Assembly (NCBI GenBank): GCA_973895155.1
Contig: OZ316891.1
Location: 22,209,168-22,273,167 of the forward strand
Source of the DNA: Marsupella aquatica
Lineage: Eukaryota > Plantae > Marchantiophyta
Reading direction: 5' to 3'
DNA: 64,000 bases
A model generated the notes under the pieces. That model saw only the letters and a list, made by a program, of their open reading frames with translations. It was not told the DNA's origin and made no database searches. The translations under genes and the position numbers were made by a program. This document shows positions 62,987 through 64,000 of this stretch, piece after piece; positions within the stretch are counted from its first letter, which is position 1; the number at the start of each line of letters is the position of its first letter.

Positions 62987-64000
62987 TTATGGGATGGGAG
63001 AACTCCTCGTGCGCCTCAGTCTTCCACCAGACTTGAAGCCAGGTGGAGGACGGGGAAGGACTAGAATTGCTGCAATGCCCCCCAACAGTGCTGATAAGGA
63101 TCCCAGAAGAAACGATGGCAGATTCCCTCCACCAAATATGGCATCAAAAGGCCCGCTGCCAACCGATACTACCACCTGGGGAAGAACAACGGCGAGATTC
63201 AACACGCCCATGGACAAACCTGCACAAATTTAAACTCCTAGATTAGAAACATCCTTAGTTGTTTGCATGCTCCATCGTCAAAACAATACTCCCAATTCCT
63301 TGACTCTGGGTAAAAACTAATGCATTTGTGCTCCATTAATAAGTCAGCAGTGCAGCCACAACGCAGTTACAGAGTCGAGCTATTTCCCAACACAATGTAG
63401 TTCAAGTACAATGCAACTGGTGCACTGAAGGGCAAATATTGCTCGTGCTTCAGAAAACACGTACAGGGATGAATCTATGTGGGAGCTCAGCTGAAAGCCC
63501 AAGGTGATCACATTTTCCACACTAGTCCCGTGAAGATTCTCGTAAGCGAATGATACTACGTACCAACAAGCAAACTTGAGAGGGTTTTCGCTGTCTAACC
63601 TTGACCGCCTCCGGACTTCTCTGCGTACGTTGCCGTCAGTGCGTATGGAACACTGTAAGTCACCTGCAAGACCATCAATCACCCACCGATTGAATATCAG
63701 ACAACAATTCACAACGACCTCTCATTACCCAGAACATCACCTGATCAGGAGAAAATTCAATCAGCATGAATCTTCAGGTTAAAGTGAGCTTACTGCAAGA
63801 GGGATTCCAAGAAGGCCAAAAACTGCAAGAGCCGCAATAATAATAGTATCCGGAGGGCCCGTGTATCCTTCTTTGAGAGAAGCATTTTTTGCCTCCATTG
63901 TGATAATGGCAGTCGCTGCAAAGCAAAGGGCCATGATGGCATTGCCCAACCCCCAGACTCGGCTGGGTCCAAGCTTCCGACACATGAAATCAATCATCAG
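62987..64000 (-). CDS. SUT: Sucrose/H+ symporter (SUT/SUC family, probably SUT4-like), last three coding exons; gene continues beyond the window
   Basis: Exons (-): >64000-63794 (LIDFMCRKLGPSRVWGLGNAIMALCF...VFGLLGIPLA), 63663-63600 (VTYSVPYALTATYAEKSGGGQ), 63219-62987 (GLSMGVLNLAVVLPQVVVSVGSGPFDAIFGGGNLPSF...SPIP*). Canonical SUT C-terminal helices. Confidence 0.93.

Overview
Eukaryotic land-plant genomic DNA, probably a liverwort or other bryophyte (inferred from gene style, long leaders and repeat content), so most ORF-track entries are exon pieces or noise. Reading GT-AG splice sites by hand gives five apparently intact genes: RPN2/PSMD1 (14 exons, +), a GH31 alpha-glucosidase of the HGL1 type (22 exons, +), an intronless PP1 catalytic subunit (-), a GPI-type arabinogalactan peptide (+) and a 4-exon HMA protein with a Tyr-rich low-complexity N-terminus (+) that the ORF track does not show as a unit. 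Also present: the 3' end of a sucrose transporter (-), a frameshifted second HMA gene, a truncated F-box gene with iterated N-terminal repeats, a frameshifted transposase remnant, a complete non-autonomous MULE with TIRs and TSD, a tRNA-derived SINE, LINE fragments, an old colinear non-coding duplication and many short tandem duplications. I found no CRISPR array, rRNA or true tRNA, and no convincing new multi-gene system. The best leads are the Tyr-rich HMA protein, a pre-miRNA-like foldback at ~59.9-60.1 kb and the repeat array upstream of the PP1 retrogene.
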